NCBI GenBank assembly: GCA_031539225.1
Contig: JAVKLJ010000001.1
Coordinates: forward strand, 19,791 to 83,790
Direction of reading: 5' to 3'
DNA: 64,000 nucleotides
Source: Patescibacteria group bacterium
Lineage (GTDB): Bacteria > Patescibacteriota > Gracilibacteria > BD1-5 > UBA2023
A program made the position numbers and the translations under genes. Below, piece after piece: positions 48,950-58,868 of this stretch. Position 1 is the stretch's first letter; the number at the start of each line of letters is the position of its first letter. The notes below the pieces were generated by a model. The model was not told the origin of the DNA, ran no database searches, and saw only the letters and a program-made list of their open reading frames with translations.

Positions 48950-49237
48950 TTATTCATCTATTCTAACGAACATATGTCGCCAGATGTTTGTTTTGATGTT
49001 AAAAGCCTTCGTTACAGCAAAGAAATCTGGTTTTTCAGACTCAAGTGTATAAAGAAGGTAAAATCCAGTGGAAGATCCACGAATTTTGTAAGCAAGATCT
49101 CTCTCGCCTGGATGATTCTCTGATGTGATTTTCGCACCAGCATGTTCAATTTCAGTTTTGATAGACGCGATAAGCTCTTTTTGCTCATCTGCCGACAGAA
49201 CTGGATTGATAATCATCATGAGTTCGTATTGTCTCAT
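48950..49237 (-). CDS. rpsF: 30S ribosomal protein S6
   Basis: MRQYELMMIINP..GERDLAYKI..GFYLLY. Canonical rpsF-ssb-rpsR order. No TGA codons. Confidence 0.93.
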   Translation of the reverse strand: MRQYELMMIINPVLSADEQKELIASIKTEIEHAGAKITSENHPGERDLAYKIRGSSTGFYLLYTLESEKPDFFAVTKAFNIKTNIWRHMFVRIDE

Positions 49238-49459
49238 AGTTCCTGTGGGTTAGGTATCTTTTCACGACCAATGAAAAGAAGGAAAATAAAATTGCATAAA
49301 ATGCTCGCGGATTATAGGGAAAGAGGGGAAGAATGCAAGTAAAAAAACAAGAATTTAGTAAAATAATAAAAGTATCCTGGGGAATCCTTTGTCATATAGA
49401 AATTTACGATATTAAAAATATTTTTCATATATTAAATAATATTTGGCAAGTTGAAGAAT

Positions 49460-49488
49460 TTGCCAATAAAAAAAAGAACTGGTACTAT
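49460..49488 (+). promoter_or_regulatory. Candidate promoter for the 49551 ORF
   Basis: TTGCCA, a 17-nt spacer, then TACTAT. Confidence 0.3.
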
Positions 49489-49550
49489 GATTCTAGATTC
49501 AAGAAAGAGAAAAACCTCATTCCACTTTTATATCTTCAAACTGTATACAA

Positions 49551-49820
49551 ATGGCTCGAACAAAAAAATCACAAACACTCGATTCCCTCTTCGGAAGTAC
49601 TAACGATAGAGAAGTGAGTAAAAAACTCATCGGAAAGCTCGTACAATATAATATGCGCTATGAAGAAATCACAAAAGTAATCCTCTCTCACTCTGAGCGA
49701 GCATTTCTCGATGCACGGCTCATTACACTCGAAGAATACTATAGAGATCTCCAAAGTGTGAAAAAAAGCGAAGTCGAAAACTTTCTTTCATCCATTCCTG
49801 AATACGAACTCTCTCGATAA
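49551..49820 (+). CDS. Hypothetical 89-aa protein
   Basis: Intact ATG-to-TAA ORF with no TGA and helical, charged composition. No family recognised. Confidence 0.5.
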   Translation: MARTKKSQTLDSLFGSTNDREVSKKLIGKLVQYNMRYEEITKVILSHSERAFLDARLITLEEYYRDLQSVKKSEVENFLSSIPEYELSR

Positions 49821-49837
49821 GATTTGGAAAAAATACA

Positions 49838-49871
49838 AAAAAGAAGTACCTCAATTAGGGCACTTCTTTTT
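49838..49871. terminator. Hairpin between the 49551 ORF and rpmG
   Basis: aaaagaagtacc-N8-gggcacttctttt (one mismatch), flanked by A and T tracts. Confidence 0.5.
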
Positions 49872-49889
49872 TTATTTGAAGTTTTTTAA

Positions 49890-50063
49890 TTACTTTACAT
49901 CAACGAAAGTATACTCAATATGCTTACGAAGTTGCTTATCGTACTTCTTGAGCTTGAGTTTCTCACCTGCTGGGAGATTTTTTTTGTTTACTGCGTAGAC
50001 ATAGTCTCTGCGTCCACCTTCTGCAGATTTTCCTACTTGATATGTTCTTTTACCTTTTGCCAT
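49890..50063 (-). CDS. rpmG: 50S ribosomal protein L33
   Basis: MAKGKRTYQVGKSAEGGRRDYVYAVNKKNLPAGEKLKLKKYDKQLRKHIEYTFVDVK is 57 aa, below the ORF-track cut-off. It shows the L33 pattern (KN....P.KL.LKKY....RKH). No TGA codons. Confidence 0.8.
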   Translation of the reverse strand: MAKGKRTYQVGKSAEGGRRDYVYAVNKKNLPAGEKLKLKKYDKQLRKHIEYTFVDVK

Positions 50064-50129
50064 AATGGAAATTGTTAATTTTTAGATTTCGAGAATGTTG
50101 GGATTATATAGATATTTTTGAATTATCAA

Positions 50130-50460
50130 GTTTTTTTGTAAAGAAAAAGGTCCCGAAGGACCTTTTTGAATGGATAATCCATGTCATTAAGAGCGAATTC
50201 TTCCAACACTCTGTTTGTCCAAAGCGGTTGGACGCCCATGAAATGTTGGCGTACAAAGATTTGAAGGAAGAGTCTGTCTTTGAATACTTGGTGGTACTCG
50301 CTCCAACCAACCTTTATCATTTTGATTGAGTTGGGTAGAATGAGTGTTAGACCAGGGATTTTGCCCAATTTCCATTTTCGTTTGCCTTCTCTTTTTGAAA
50401 GATATCCACTCTGTATCACCACCATGGCAATCCAGCAAAGGACATCATAGTTAGTGAGGC
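50130..50460 (-). other. Unassigned transcription unit: candidate structured RNA or unrecognised small protein
   Basis: About 330 nt bounded by a possible minus-strand promoter (50466-50493) and a strong hairpin (50144-50167). All three minus frames and one plus frame are open for 200-300 nt, and none matches a known family. The region looks less AT-rich than its flanks. Confidence 0.3.
50144..50167. terminator. Strong symmetric GC-core hairpin
   Basis: aaaaaggtcc-cgaa-ggaccttttt: a 10-bp stem, a GNRA-like CGAA loop, and A/T tracts on both sides. Confidence 0.65.
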
Positions 50461-50465
50461 TGTGG

Positions 50466-50493
50466 ACTGTATCTAATAATATAAAAAAGTCAA
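50466..50493 (-). promoter_or_regulatory. Candidate minus-strand promoter for the unassigned locus
   Basis: On the minus strand: TTGACT (50488-50493), a 16-nt spacer, then TACAGT (50466-50471). Confidence 0.25.
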
Positions 50494-50600
50494 TTTAATT
50501 GTTATATTCATGTAATAATTAACTTTCATTCCGTCTTCTTTTTGCTTTTTTTGCTTTTTTCCCTAAGATTCAGGCATTCAAAATTTAACAAAATAGAATC

Positions 50601-51995
50601 ATGTTTATCGATGAAGTATCACTCACACTCAAAGCTGGAACCGGATGAAATGGTGTTATATCCTGGCGTCGTGAAAAATATATCCCAAAAGGTGGCCCTT
50701 ATGGAGGAGATGGCTGAGATGGTGGGGATATCATACTCAAGGCTACAACACACGAGACAACACTCGTGCATTTTCGTCATAAAAAACTCATAAAGGGTGA
50801 AGATGGCGAGCGAGGTGGGACGGCTCTCATGCATGGAAAAAGTGCATCTGACACTATTCTCGAAGTTCCAGTCGGAACTATCGTCACCGATGCGGAAGAT
50901 GGAACCGTTATTTGTGATCTCTCGACAGCTGGAGAGACATTTATGATCTGTGAATGAGGTCGTGGAGGATTTGGAAATGCACACTTCCCTTCTAGTACTC
51001 GTCAGGCACCAAATTTTGCTGAACTCGGTGATACAGGTGATATAAGAGAGGTAAAGCTCGAACTCAAGCTCGTCGCAGATATCGGACTTGTTGGACTTCC
51101 AAATGCAGGAAAATCCACTCTTATTCAGTCGATTACAAATGTGAAACCAAAGATTGCACCATATCCTTTTACGACAATTATCCCAAATCTTGGAGTTATG
51201 GAATGGAAAGGACGATCTCTCGTAATCGAGGATGTTCCAGGTCTCATCGAATGAGCAAGTGAAGGAAAGGGGCTCGGTTTCCAATTTCTCAAACATATCG
51301 AACGATGTAAAATCATCCTCCATCTTCTCGATGCGAGTCAAGATACAGAGGCAATCATAGAAAACTATAAAACTATCAGAAAAGAACTCGAAGCATGGAG
51401 TGATGATATGAAAGATAAAGAAGAATTTATCATCCTCACAAAAGCAGATATCATCGATCCTGAGCAACTTGAAGAAATGCGAAAAGATTTCGAAAAAGCG
51501 ACAAAAAAGAAAGTGCTTCTCACACTTTCAGCAGGGGCATATATCCGCATAGATGAACTCAAAGATATCCTCATAGATACCATTCCTGAAAATAAACGCG
51601 AAGAAGCACCCCTCGTAGAGGATGCTGATGGAATGCTCCAAGAACAAAAAATTAAAGAAGAAAAGAGTATAGCCTACTATAACCTCAAAACACAAAGAGA
51701 TGGAAAACGCTGTACGATAAAAAGACGGGAGGATGGGGATTTTGAGATTGCTGGTGAACGAATAGAGGAAATCGCACGAATGACAGATACTCGTTATGTG
51801 GATGGAGTAAATCGAGTCTACGATGTGATGGAAAAAATGGGTGTGATGCGAAAACTCAAACTCATGATCCATGATGATATCGCAAATGCTGGAGGTGGAT
51901 TCTTCGAAGGAGAGGATGATTTTACTATTCCTGATGTATGGATTGGTGGAAAGAAATTTTCTCTCGAAGGACTCATATTTATGCGGGAATCCTAG
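50601..51995 (+). CDS. obg: GTPase Obg/CgtA with a C-terminal OCT domain
   Basis: [47 protein letters not shown]1 [10 protein letters not shown]3 DVPGLIEGA, TKAD and an OCT-like tail. Fragments 50766 and 51408 are in frame with the ATG at 50601. Confidence 0.93.
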
Positions 51996-52022
51996 TCAGT
52001 CATACATCATAATTTCTTTTTT

Positions 52023-53399
52023 ATGACTCAATCAATAAATGAAGTTGCTGTACGACCTGGCTTTTGGGAAAGCATACAGAAAAATCCAAAACAGTATGCC
52101 CATATTATCATGGTGGCGACAAAACCTGACATTATCAAACAAGCACCCCTCTATCTCGAACTCGTAAAACGAGGAGAACTCGTGATACTCGCCCATACTG
52201 GTCAGCACTATGATTATAATCTTTCAGCATGAGTTCTTCAGGAATTCGGTATGCAAGTAGATGTGCAGTTAAATATCTCATGAAAGCTTCATGAAAAATT
52301 TTCACAAATTATCGAACGACTCGGGAATTTTCTCCTCGAGCTCTCAGAAAAATATGAAAAAATCCCAGTTCCCTATGTTCATGGAGATACACTCACAGCA
52401 ACCACTGCAGATAAAGCAGCATTTCTTAATAAATTTGCCGTTGTCCATGTAGAAGCAGGAATACGAACATTTACCCCGAATGAGCATTTTTATCACAGGG
52501 TTTTTACAGAATTTGAACATGGGGTATTCGATTGGGAATGGTATTATAAAGCACTCCAAAACCATAATATCTATGAACTCTGAAGTATAGAACCCTATCC
52601 AGAACAATTCGATACTCGTGGAGTGGAACCATCGACAGGATACTTCGCTGTACCACATGAGCTCTATAAAAAAACGCTCATGGATGAGGGATTTTCGAGT
52701 GATAGAATCGAAGTCGTCGGAAATACCGTCGCTGATGCTGTCAGGCTTTCATGTATGAAAATATCAGAGTCAAAAGCGTTTGACCTCTATCCAAATATGC
52801 GAGGAAAAAAACTCATATTTATCACGATTCATCGTCGTGAGAATTGTGAAGTAAAAGAACGATTCATGGCGATATACTATGGAATCAAGAAACTCATAAA
52901 AGAGGGATATCCTGTATGTTTTCTCTGACTCAATGCCTCGGAATCAGCGATAGATAGATATGATCTCCGCAGAGATATAGAAGATTTGAAGTTTGAACAT
53001 CCCGAGAACTTTGCATATGGACCAGCACTTGCTCATCATCACGAGGTCATGGATATGATCACTCATGCGGGATGTGTCATGACAGACTCTGGAAGTATGC
53101 AAGAAGAGGCAAATATCGTCGGTGTTCCGTGTGTCACTGTCAGATTTGGTAGTGACCGAAGTGAAACACTTCTCGCTGGAGCAAATGTCCTCGCCCCTCC
53201 AGTGAATGCTCGTCTCATCGCAGAGATAACCAGGTGAGCATACGATAATATGAATATGCGAAAATGAAATCTCTACGGAGAAAATGTATCCGAAAAAATC
53301 GTCGATGGAGTAAAAAGACTCCTCGAAAAAGAAGGAAAACTCTTCCGACTGGATCATGAGAGACTCGGTGTAGAAAAATATTTTAACTGGGAAATATAA
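52023..53399 (+). CDS. UDP-N-acetylglucosamine 2-epimerase family protein (WecB/MnaA-like, with insertions; 458 aa)
   Basis: AHTGQHYDYNLSG, VHGDTLTATT..VVHVEAGIRTF, VVGNTVADA, ITIHRREN and TDSGSMQEEANIVGVPCVTVRFGSDRSETL. Fragments 52623 and 52986 are in frame. Confidence 0.82.
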
Positions 53400-53433
53400 A
53401 AAACTCCTCCAATAATCCTTGGAGGAGTTTTTT
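53398..53433. terminator. Palindromic terminator, copy 1 of the aaactcctcca...tggaggagttt element
   Basis: aaaactcctcca-ataatcct-tggaggagtttt, between the epimerase stop (53399) and the bPH gene stop (53435). Confidence 0.7.
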
Positions 53434-53434
53434 A

Positions 53435-55930
53435 TTAGTCTTTTTTGAGAAGGTCGTATATCTCAGTGAACTTATCAACATCAGAGAGCACCATATCACG
53501 ACTTGAACTTCAGAGAGTATAGATAGAGAGGACTCCATTTTTAAATATCTTTCCAAAAAATCCTTGGTATTTTTCTATGAAGTTAAACTTCTTGTAAAGT
53601 ATTGTCTGACGAACACGGTAGATGATACCATACTCAGAGATCACACGATCTCGTTCCAATATATATCTCTTGGTCGATACATACCATACGATGAGTCCGA
53701 TAATAATAGCAGCTCAGATAAGGAGAGGTATAGCGAGTGCAGGACCAACAGCCGAGAATCCAAAGAACACTGCAATGACAGTGAGTACCACAGGAATAAT
53801 AATAGAGTTACCGACATCTTGTGTAGATGTTGCAACTTCAGCGGTATCGATTGCGTCTCACTTGAGAACTGAGTCGAGTCTATCGAGAAGCGCAAAAGAA
53901 TCTGCCATATAATCAAATCATATACTGTTCTCAAAATATCCACTTCGAGTAAGGAGGATGCTATTGGCATTCTGTCACTGCATAGCTGGCATAACTTGTC
54001 CTGCCACACTCAGAGAGACATTCCCTACTGAAGTAAGGGGATTCTTAGTTGCACTCAGTCACTTGATATGACGATAGAGTGAGTACTTCTTAGATCGGAA
54101 TATGATACCTGAGATACTCTCTACAAAGTCCTGATAGAGGGATTGTTCGTACCAAGTTGAGCTATAGTAGAGCTTGTTATAGAGGTATTGGATAACTACA
54201 AGTATTACAAGTATCAGTGCAATACTAGTTCCTCCAGCCGTAAGAGAAAATGGAACATCTGACATAGTACCACTTGTATCAACAAGTACAGAGACAACAA
54301 TAATACCTACGATGAATAAGATGAAAAATCATGCACCGAAGATACTATGCTTCATGTACTCAATAAGATTGAATCTTGCTTCTAATATTTTTTTCTCTGA
54401 AGTGTTCTTATAGATACCAATTTTCTCGAGAATGTCTTGTTCGAGGGTTGGAGTATGGCGTATATTGGCAAATGTAATATTGGTTCCTGATCCAATAGAC
54501 CAGAATACAACACTACAACTCCCTATCATACGATCAAGGAGAGACTCACGGATAACTACACCTGAGACCTTATCAACTGTAAAAGAAGAGTGTTTTTTCG
54601 ATAGGAAGTGGAACTTTTTTTCTATTGTGGAAGTATCTATAATATAATCCGTGAAAAAATACTGAATTATAGTACCAATACTTGAGAAAAGAGTAATCGT
54701 TATAAGTATCATTGCAAATTCGCCTCATGCTACTGTGCCGAGAAGAATAGCAATAATGATAAAAATAATGCTTCAGAGGAATACCTTGAGTGGGTACATC
54801 TTATATATTGCTCTAAATTCACTATTGTATTGTGGTGCTGCCTCAACCGTATCAGTATACCCAACGAGGTCTTCTGTTGTTGTGGATACTTCTCCTGCTA
54901 CATCATCTATCATCGGTGTACTACGAGGTTGCATTGTAATCTGACTCTTGAGGTATTTGATATTTTTGATCATTTGCTCTCCTTCTGTCATATTCTTGAA
55001 TACAACCATATTATTGCTTCATTCTGAAGAGACAACAAGATCATGGAGCCCGAGGATACGCGAGAGAAAACTCTGACGATTCTCGATATCTGCAACACGC
55101 TCCATAGGAAGTAAAGAATAATGTCGTGTAAGGAATCACTCCGTATAGTATATGCCATCGGTATATACTTCATACTTGCGTCTACGTAGATCAAGGTATG
55201 CTATGATAACGTATGCAAGAATACCAAGTATAAAAATACCACCAACGATAGAGGTAATAAATCCTAGGTTGATTGCTCATGATATCTCAGAATAGTTCAT
55301 ATCTTCACTGATATCAGAGAACAGGATTGGATAAAACACATAAAGCACTACAAGAACTGTACCAAATGCCCGATTCACGAGCTCTCAGAGAATACCAAGA
55401 ATATGTGGACGTGCTTCTTGCACGAGTGTATCCTTAGCAAGATGATAGCCATTCTGTCGCATGAGTTCTTGGACTCACTCATAGATCTCAAGTGGATTAT
55501 CTACGTATTTGAGATATATCTTCGAGGTACTACTTCCAGCTGTATCTATAGCAACATACCCCGTCTTAAATATGAGATACTGCCAGAATGGAAGAATTAC
55601 TGATACCTCAGTAATCTTATCAATACGAACTTCTGTACTATTGTCAGAGAAGAGTGTACCGGAATTGTAGATGATTTTCGTCGGTTCGAATATGTATTGC
55701 TCCTTACGATAAGAGATATACGTCAACGCGAATATAATCCCAAAGACAACAAACACTATCATAGCAATAACAAAGAGCAATGAGTCTCATCAGACTCATG
55801 ACTCTGATAGAATTGATGAGAGTTGAGATATGCCTGTAAGGATTATGAGAATTGGGAACAAGAGCGTAAGCGTTCCACTCTTCAGGAGGAGGTAACTCCA
55901 TCTATTTGGAGTAATTTTCTGTAATTGCAT
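53435..55930 (-). CDS. 831-aa membrane protein with about five tandem bacterial PH (bPH_2/YdbT-like, DUF304) repeats
   Basis: Fragments 54059-54265, 54329-54712, 54773-55009, 55475-55780 and 55796-55930 share one frame. I translated all the gaps (53435-54058, 55010-55474 and the junctions) and found only TGA. Each repeat is a TM hairpin followed by Y...R.Y.........G......... (for example YVSTKRYILERDRVISEYGIIYRVRQTILYKKFNFIE). Start taken at MQLQK (55930) to avoid overlapping the divergent gene. Confidence 0.8.
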
Positions 55931-56011
55931 AAAGAAAAAGGTATAAAATATTATAAGAGGAATTCTAGGTAAAAACCTTGCTTTTGCAATAGAAAAGATT
56001 AGTCTACATAC

Positions 56012-56791
56012 ATGAAGAAAATACAACTCCCAATAGAATCCTCAGATGAGGACAATATCAATCCATCACGTCCAGATATATGATGGCTTGTAAGAATGTC
56101 CATGATAGTCATCTGAACAGTTATGTTCGCTGTATGAGGAAGCTATATCTTCTCGTATACAGTTCTCGCTCATATTGATCTCGAAACGGAGAAGAGATAC
56201 TTCTGAGGAATGATGATCAAAGAAGATATGGAATCTCTCGATCTCACGACACTCCAGACGCCAAATCTGAATGATACACTCAGTGGATATACTATCTACA
56301 TAGAGGCATCCAATGAAGAAAATGCATTCGCAACACTTGGAGGTAATATCATCATAACATCTGCTCTCCTCGAAAAGATAGAAAATGAAGAAGAGCTCAT
56401 ATTCATCCTCGCACATGAACTCGCACATATCGAACATCGAGATGTGATACGAAGCTTTGCTCAGTCTATGCCCATTATACTCACACTCCAGTCTCTCTGA
56501 ATTGATACGGGAGACTCTATAACAAGAGTAGGTAGCATTATCACAAGCTATAGTTCGCGAGAGAAAGAATCTTCTGCTGATGATGCTGGTATACTATTTC
56601 TCGAGAGCCTTGGATTCAATCCACTCTGTGCAACGGGATTTTTTGAGCGACACAAGAACGGATTCGAGACGTATATCGAAGTACTCTCAGATCATCCAGT
56701 ATCACAAGAGAGGATCGAGAAATTACAAAACTCATGAAGCAACAAAGATAAGGCATGTACACCGATGAAAAAAGTAAACTCCTCCAATTAA
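56012..56791 (+). CDS. M48-family zinc metalloprotease (HtpX/Ste24-like, small)
   Basis: FATLGGNIIITSALL..LIFILAHELAHIEHRD is an HExxH motif. It also has ..SSREKESSADDAG.. and DHPVSQERI. One N-terminal TM helix. The stop lies in the loop of the 56776-56806 palindrome. Confidence 0.8.
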
Positions 56792-56806
56792 TTCTTGGAG
56801 GAGTTT
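56776..56806. terminator. Palindromic terminator, copy 2; both convergent genes end inside it
   Basis: aaactcctccaa-ttaattc-ttggaggagttt. The M48 TAA (56789-56791) and the GT26 TAA (complement of 56788-56790) both sit in the loop. Confidence 0.6.
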
Positions 56807-57609
56807 TTGATAAGCTTCGGGAAGTGATATACTGCATCCCATATGCGTCTCGCGCGGATACGAGGCTGTGTGATGAGGCGATAGAGCCACTCGAGTCCTA
56901 GATTCTGAAAAAGTATTGGTGCGCGCTTCTGGAGTCCGAGGAGGAAGTCTATAGATGCTCCTACTCCGAGTCATACGACTTTTTGTGAGTCAGAAAGATA
57001 GGAAAATACCTCAATGAGTCGTTTTTCCTGATTCTTCATCCCGATGCAAGAAAATACAAAATCAATCCCCTGCTCTCGAATAATCTGTGCAATATCTTCT
57101 GGAGATACCTCGCCATCAAAAACAACAAGAACTGTAATTCCAGGATATTTTTCTTCGAGAATATGTTTGAGATTCTTTTGTACTTCTGCTTTTTTTCGTT
57201 CGAGATCATTTTTTGGAACAGTATTCTTGCGGTCGATGATGAGGACTTTCTTTGGTATAGTTTTTCCTCATTCGAGGATGTCCCGAGTCAAGTCACTCCC
57301 CTTTATGAGCTCGCCATAGGTCTCTCGTATATGTTTTTTACAAAAAAAAGTGCGAAGTGCAGAGGTGAAAAACGACTTTCCTTCTCGCATCATATATCCT
57401 ACATAGAGTCCATTGGCATCTGGAGCATTGTATGTGGCTTGACCCAGAATATCCATAAATTCACTATCACGAGATGCTCGCACAAAAATCTCTGGATTCG
57501 GAGTAAAAACAAGTGTTTTCTTTTCTGGATTCTGGATTTTTGTAAAGAAATCAGAATATGTTCCATTATAGAGAGGAATATTGAAGAGAGTAGTAGATTT
57601 TTTAGACAT
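56788..57609 (-). CDS. WecG/TagA/CpsF-family glycosyltransferase (GT26)
   Basis: FTPNPEI, ATYNAPDANGL and LGVGASIDFLLGLQKRAPILFQNLGLEWLYRLITQPRIRARR. ORF 57268-57609 continues through TGAs. Confidence 0.82.
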
Positions 57610-58750
57610 AGATATGCTTTTTTAGGTTTTCAGTAAAGCTCACGAGAGAAAAATCCCCTGCTCGCTCTCGGCAATCATCTTTCATAGATTCCCATTCTTC
57701 TTCTGAGGTATCCTGAATCACTTGCTTCAAATTCTCAATTCACAATTCATCATTTACAATTTTTATCAGTTTTCCTGTTTTCCCTTCGATAATCGTCTCG
57801 AGAAGTCACCCTTCACGAACTCCGATAACTGGAACAGAGCAGGACATAGACTCAACAGGCGTCATGCCAAAGTCCTCATCCACAGGGATATAGATATTGG
57901 CTATCGCACCTGCAACGAGAGCGATAAATTCATCATCTTTCGGTGCTGGAAGTGGAAATATATTTTTATATCAGTGCGAAAGTGAAAGAATTTTATCTTT
58001 TTCTGGATCATTCGCTCCATAGGTAAAAACGAGATTTTTTTCTGGCATATCCTGAAAAGCTCGCACGACCAGATCCACTCGCTTCGGTGGAGAAAGGCGA
58101 GAACAAGAAAGGTAGTAGGAACTTGGGAGGTTTTTTCACTGAAGAAGAGAAATATCTGTAGGAATAAATCTCTCAGTGTCTGTCGGTGGATAGAGAATCG
58201 TGGATTCCTTTTTACAAAAATGTAGAAGTCTATCGTGGGTATTTTTTGAATTCGTAAAGATACTATCAAATCGGTCAAGTGCTTGGATATATCTGTTGGC
58301 TTGGTAGTCAAAAACTCTATTTATAAAAGGATGGAGAATAGCAGGAAAACGACTCACATAGATTTCTCGAAAATCGAAAAGATATCTCGGTGGTGTATGA
58401 CAATAATAATACACCTTTGCATCTTTTCGAATGTGTTTGAGTGCGTCGAGACAATTTCCTGAAAATATGACTATATCATACTCAGAGAGGATTTTAGCCT
58501 TCCTCTGAAATCTCTCTATCAGCGTCAAGTGTCGTATACCCTTTGCAAATACTGGTTTCCCGAGTGATATCATCTTCCCTGTAAAACCGAGTTCTCGAGG
58601 ATCAAAACTTCACTCTGAAAAAAATCCAGAAATCAAGTCAGCATCGAGTGACTTTGCCATGAGTGTCACGAGTCTCTCCCCTCCTCCACGATAGAGAAAT
58701 GCATCATGGAGAATAGCGATTTTTTGTTTTTTTGTTTCTGGAGTTTGCAT
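57602..58750 (-). CDS. GT4-family (GT-B) glycosyltransferase
   Basis: KIAILHDAFLYRGGGERL, YYLSCSRLSPPKRVD and EDFGMTPVESMSCSVPVIGVREGGLLETI (EX7E). Overlaps the GT26 start by 8 nt. Confidence 0.8.
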
Positions 58751-58868
58751 GCCGAAAGTATAGATGTTTTTTTGTTAGAATCAATGTTTGATGAAAGAAA
58801 AAGAAAACTGGAAAAATAAGGGGAAAAGGATAGAATTTGGGAAGCATTATAATTTAAACTACTAAAAT

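Noticed and set aside
50064-50600. RNase P RNA, tmRNA, SRP RNA or rpmB (L28) as the identity of the unassigned locus.
   Set aside because: No GGAAAGUCC/ACAGAA P4 pair at proper spacing, no T-arm GGUUCGAAUCC with an alanine-acceptor end, and no GGAAGCAGCC SRP motif. None of the frames shows the L28 G-N-N-R-S-H signature. It is kept as an open finding instead.
50619-51467. 282-aa minus-strand ORF, the longest ORF in that area of the track.
   Set aside because: It is antisense to obg, whose plus-strand translation is unmistakable (Obg fold, G1-G4 motifs). The antisense product is Cys/Phe/Ser-rich with no family resemblance, so it is a shadow ORF.
55931-56026. Upstream extension of the bPH gene to the ATG at 56026 (MYFLHVCRLIFS...).
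   Set aside because: It would overlap the divergent M48 start (56012) and adds a non-conserved-looking hydrophobic peptide. MQLQK at 55930 leaves an 81-bp promoter spacer.
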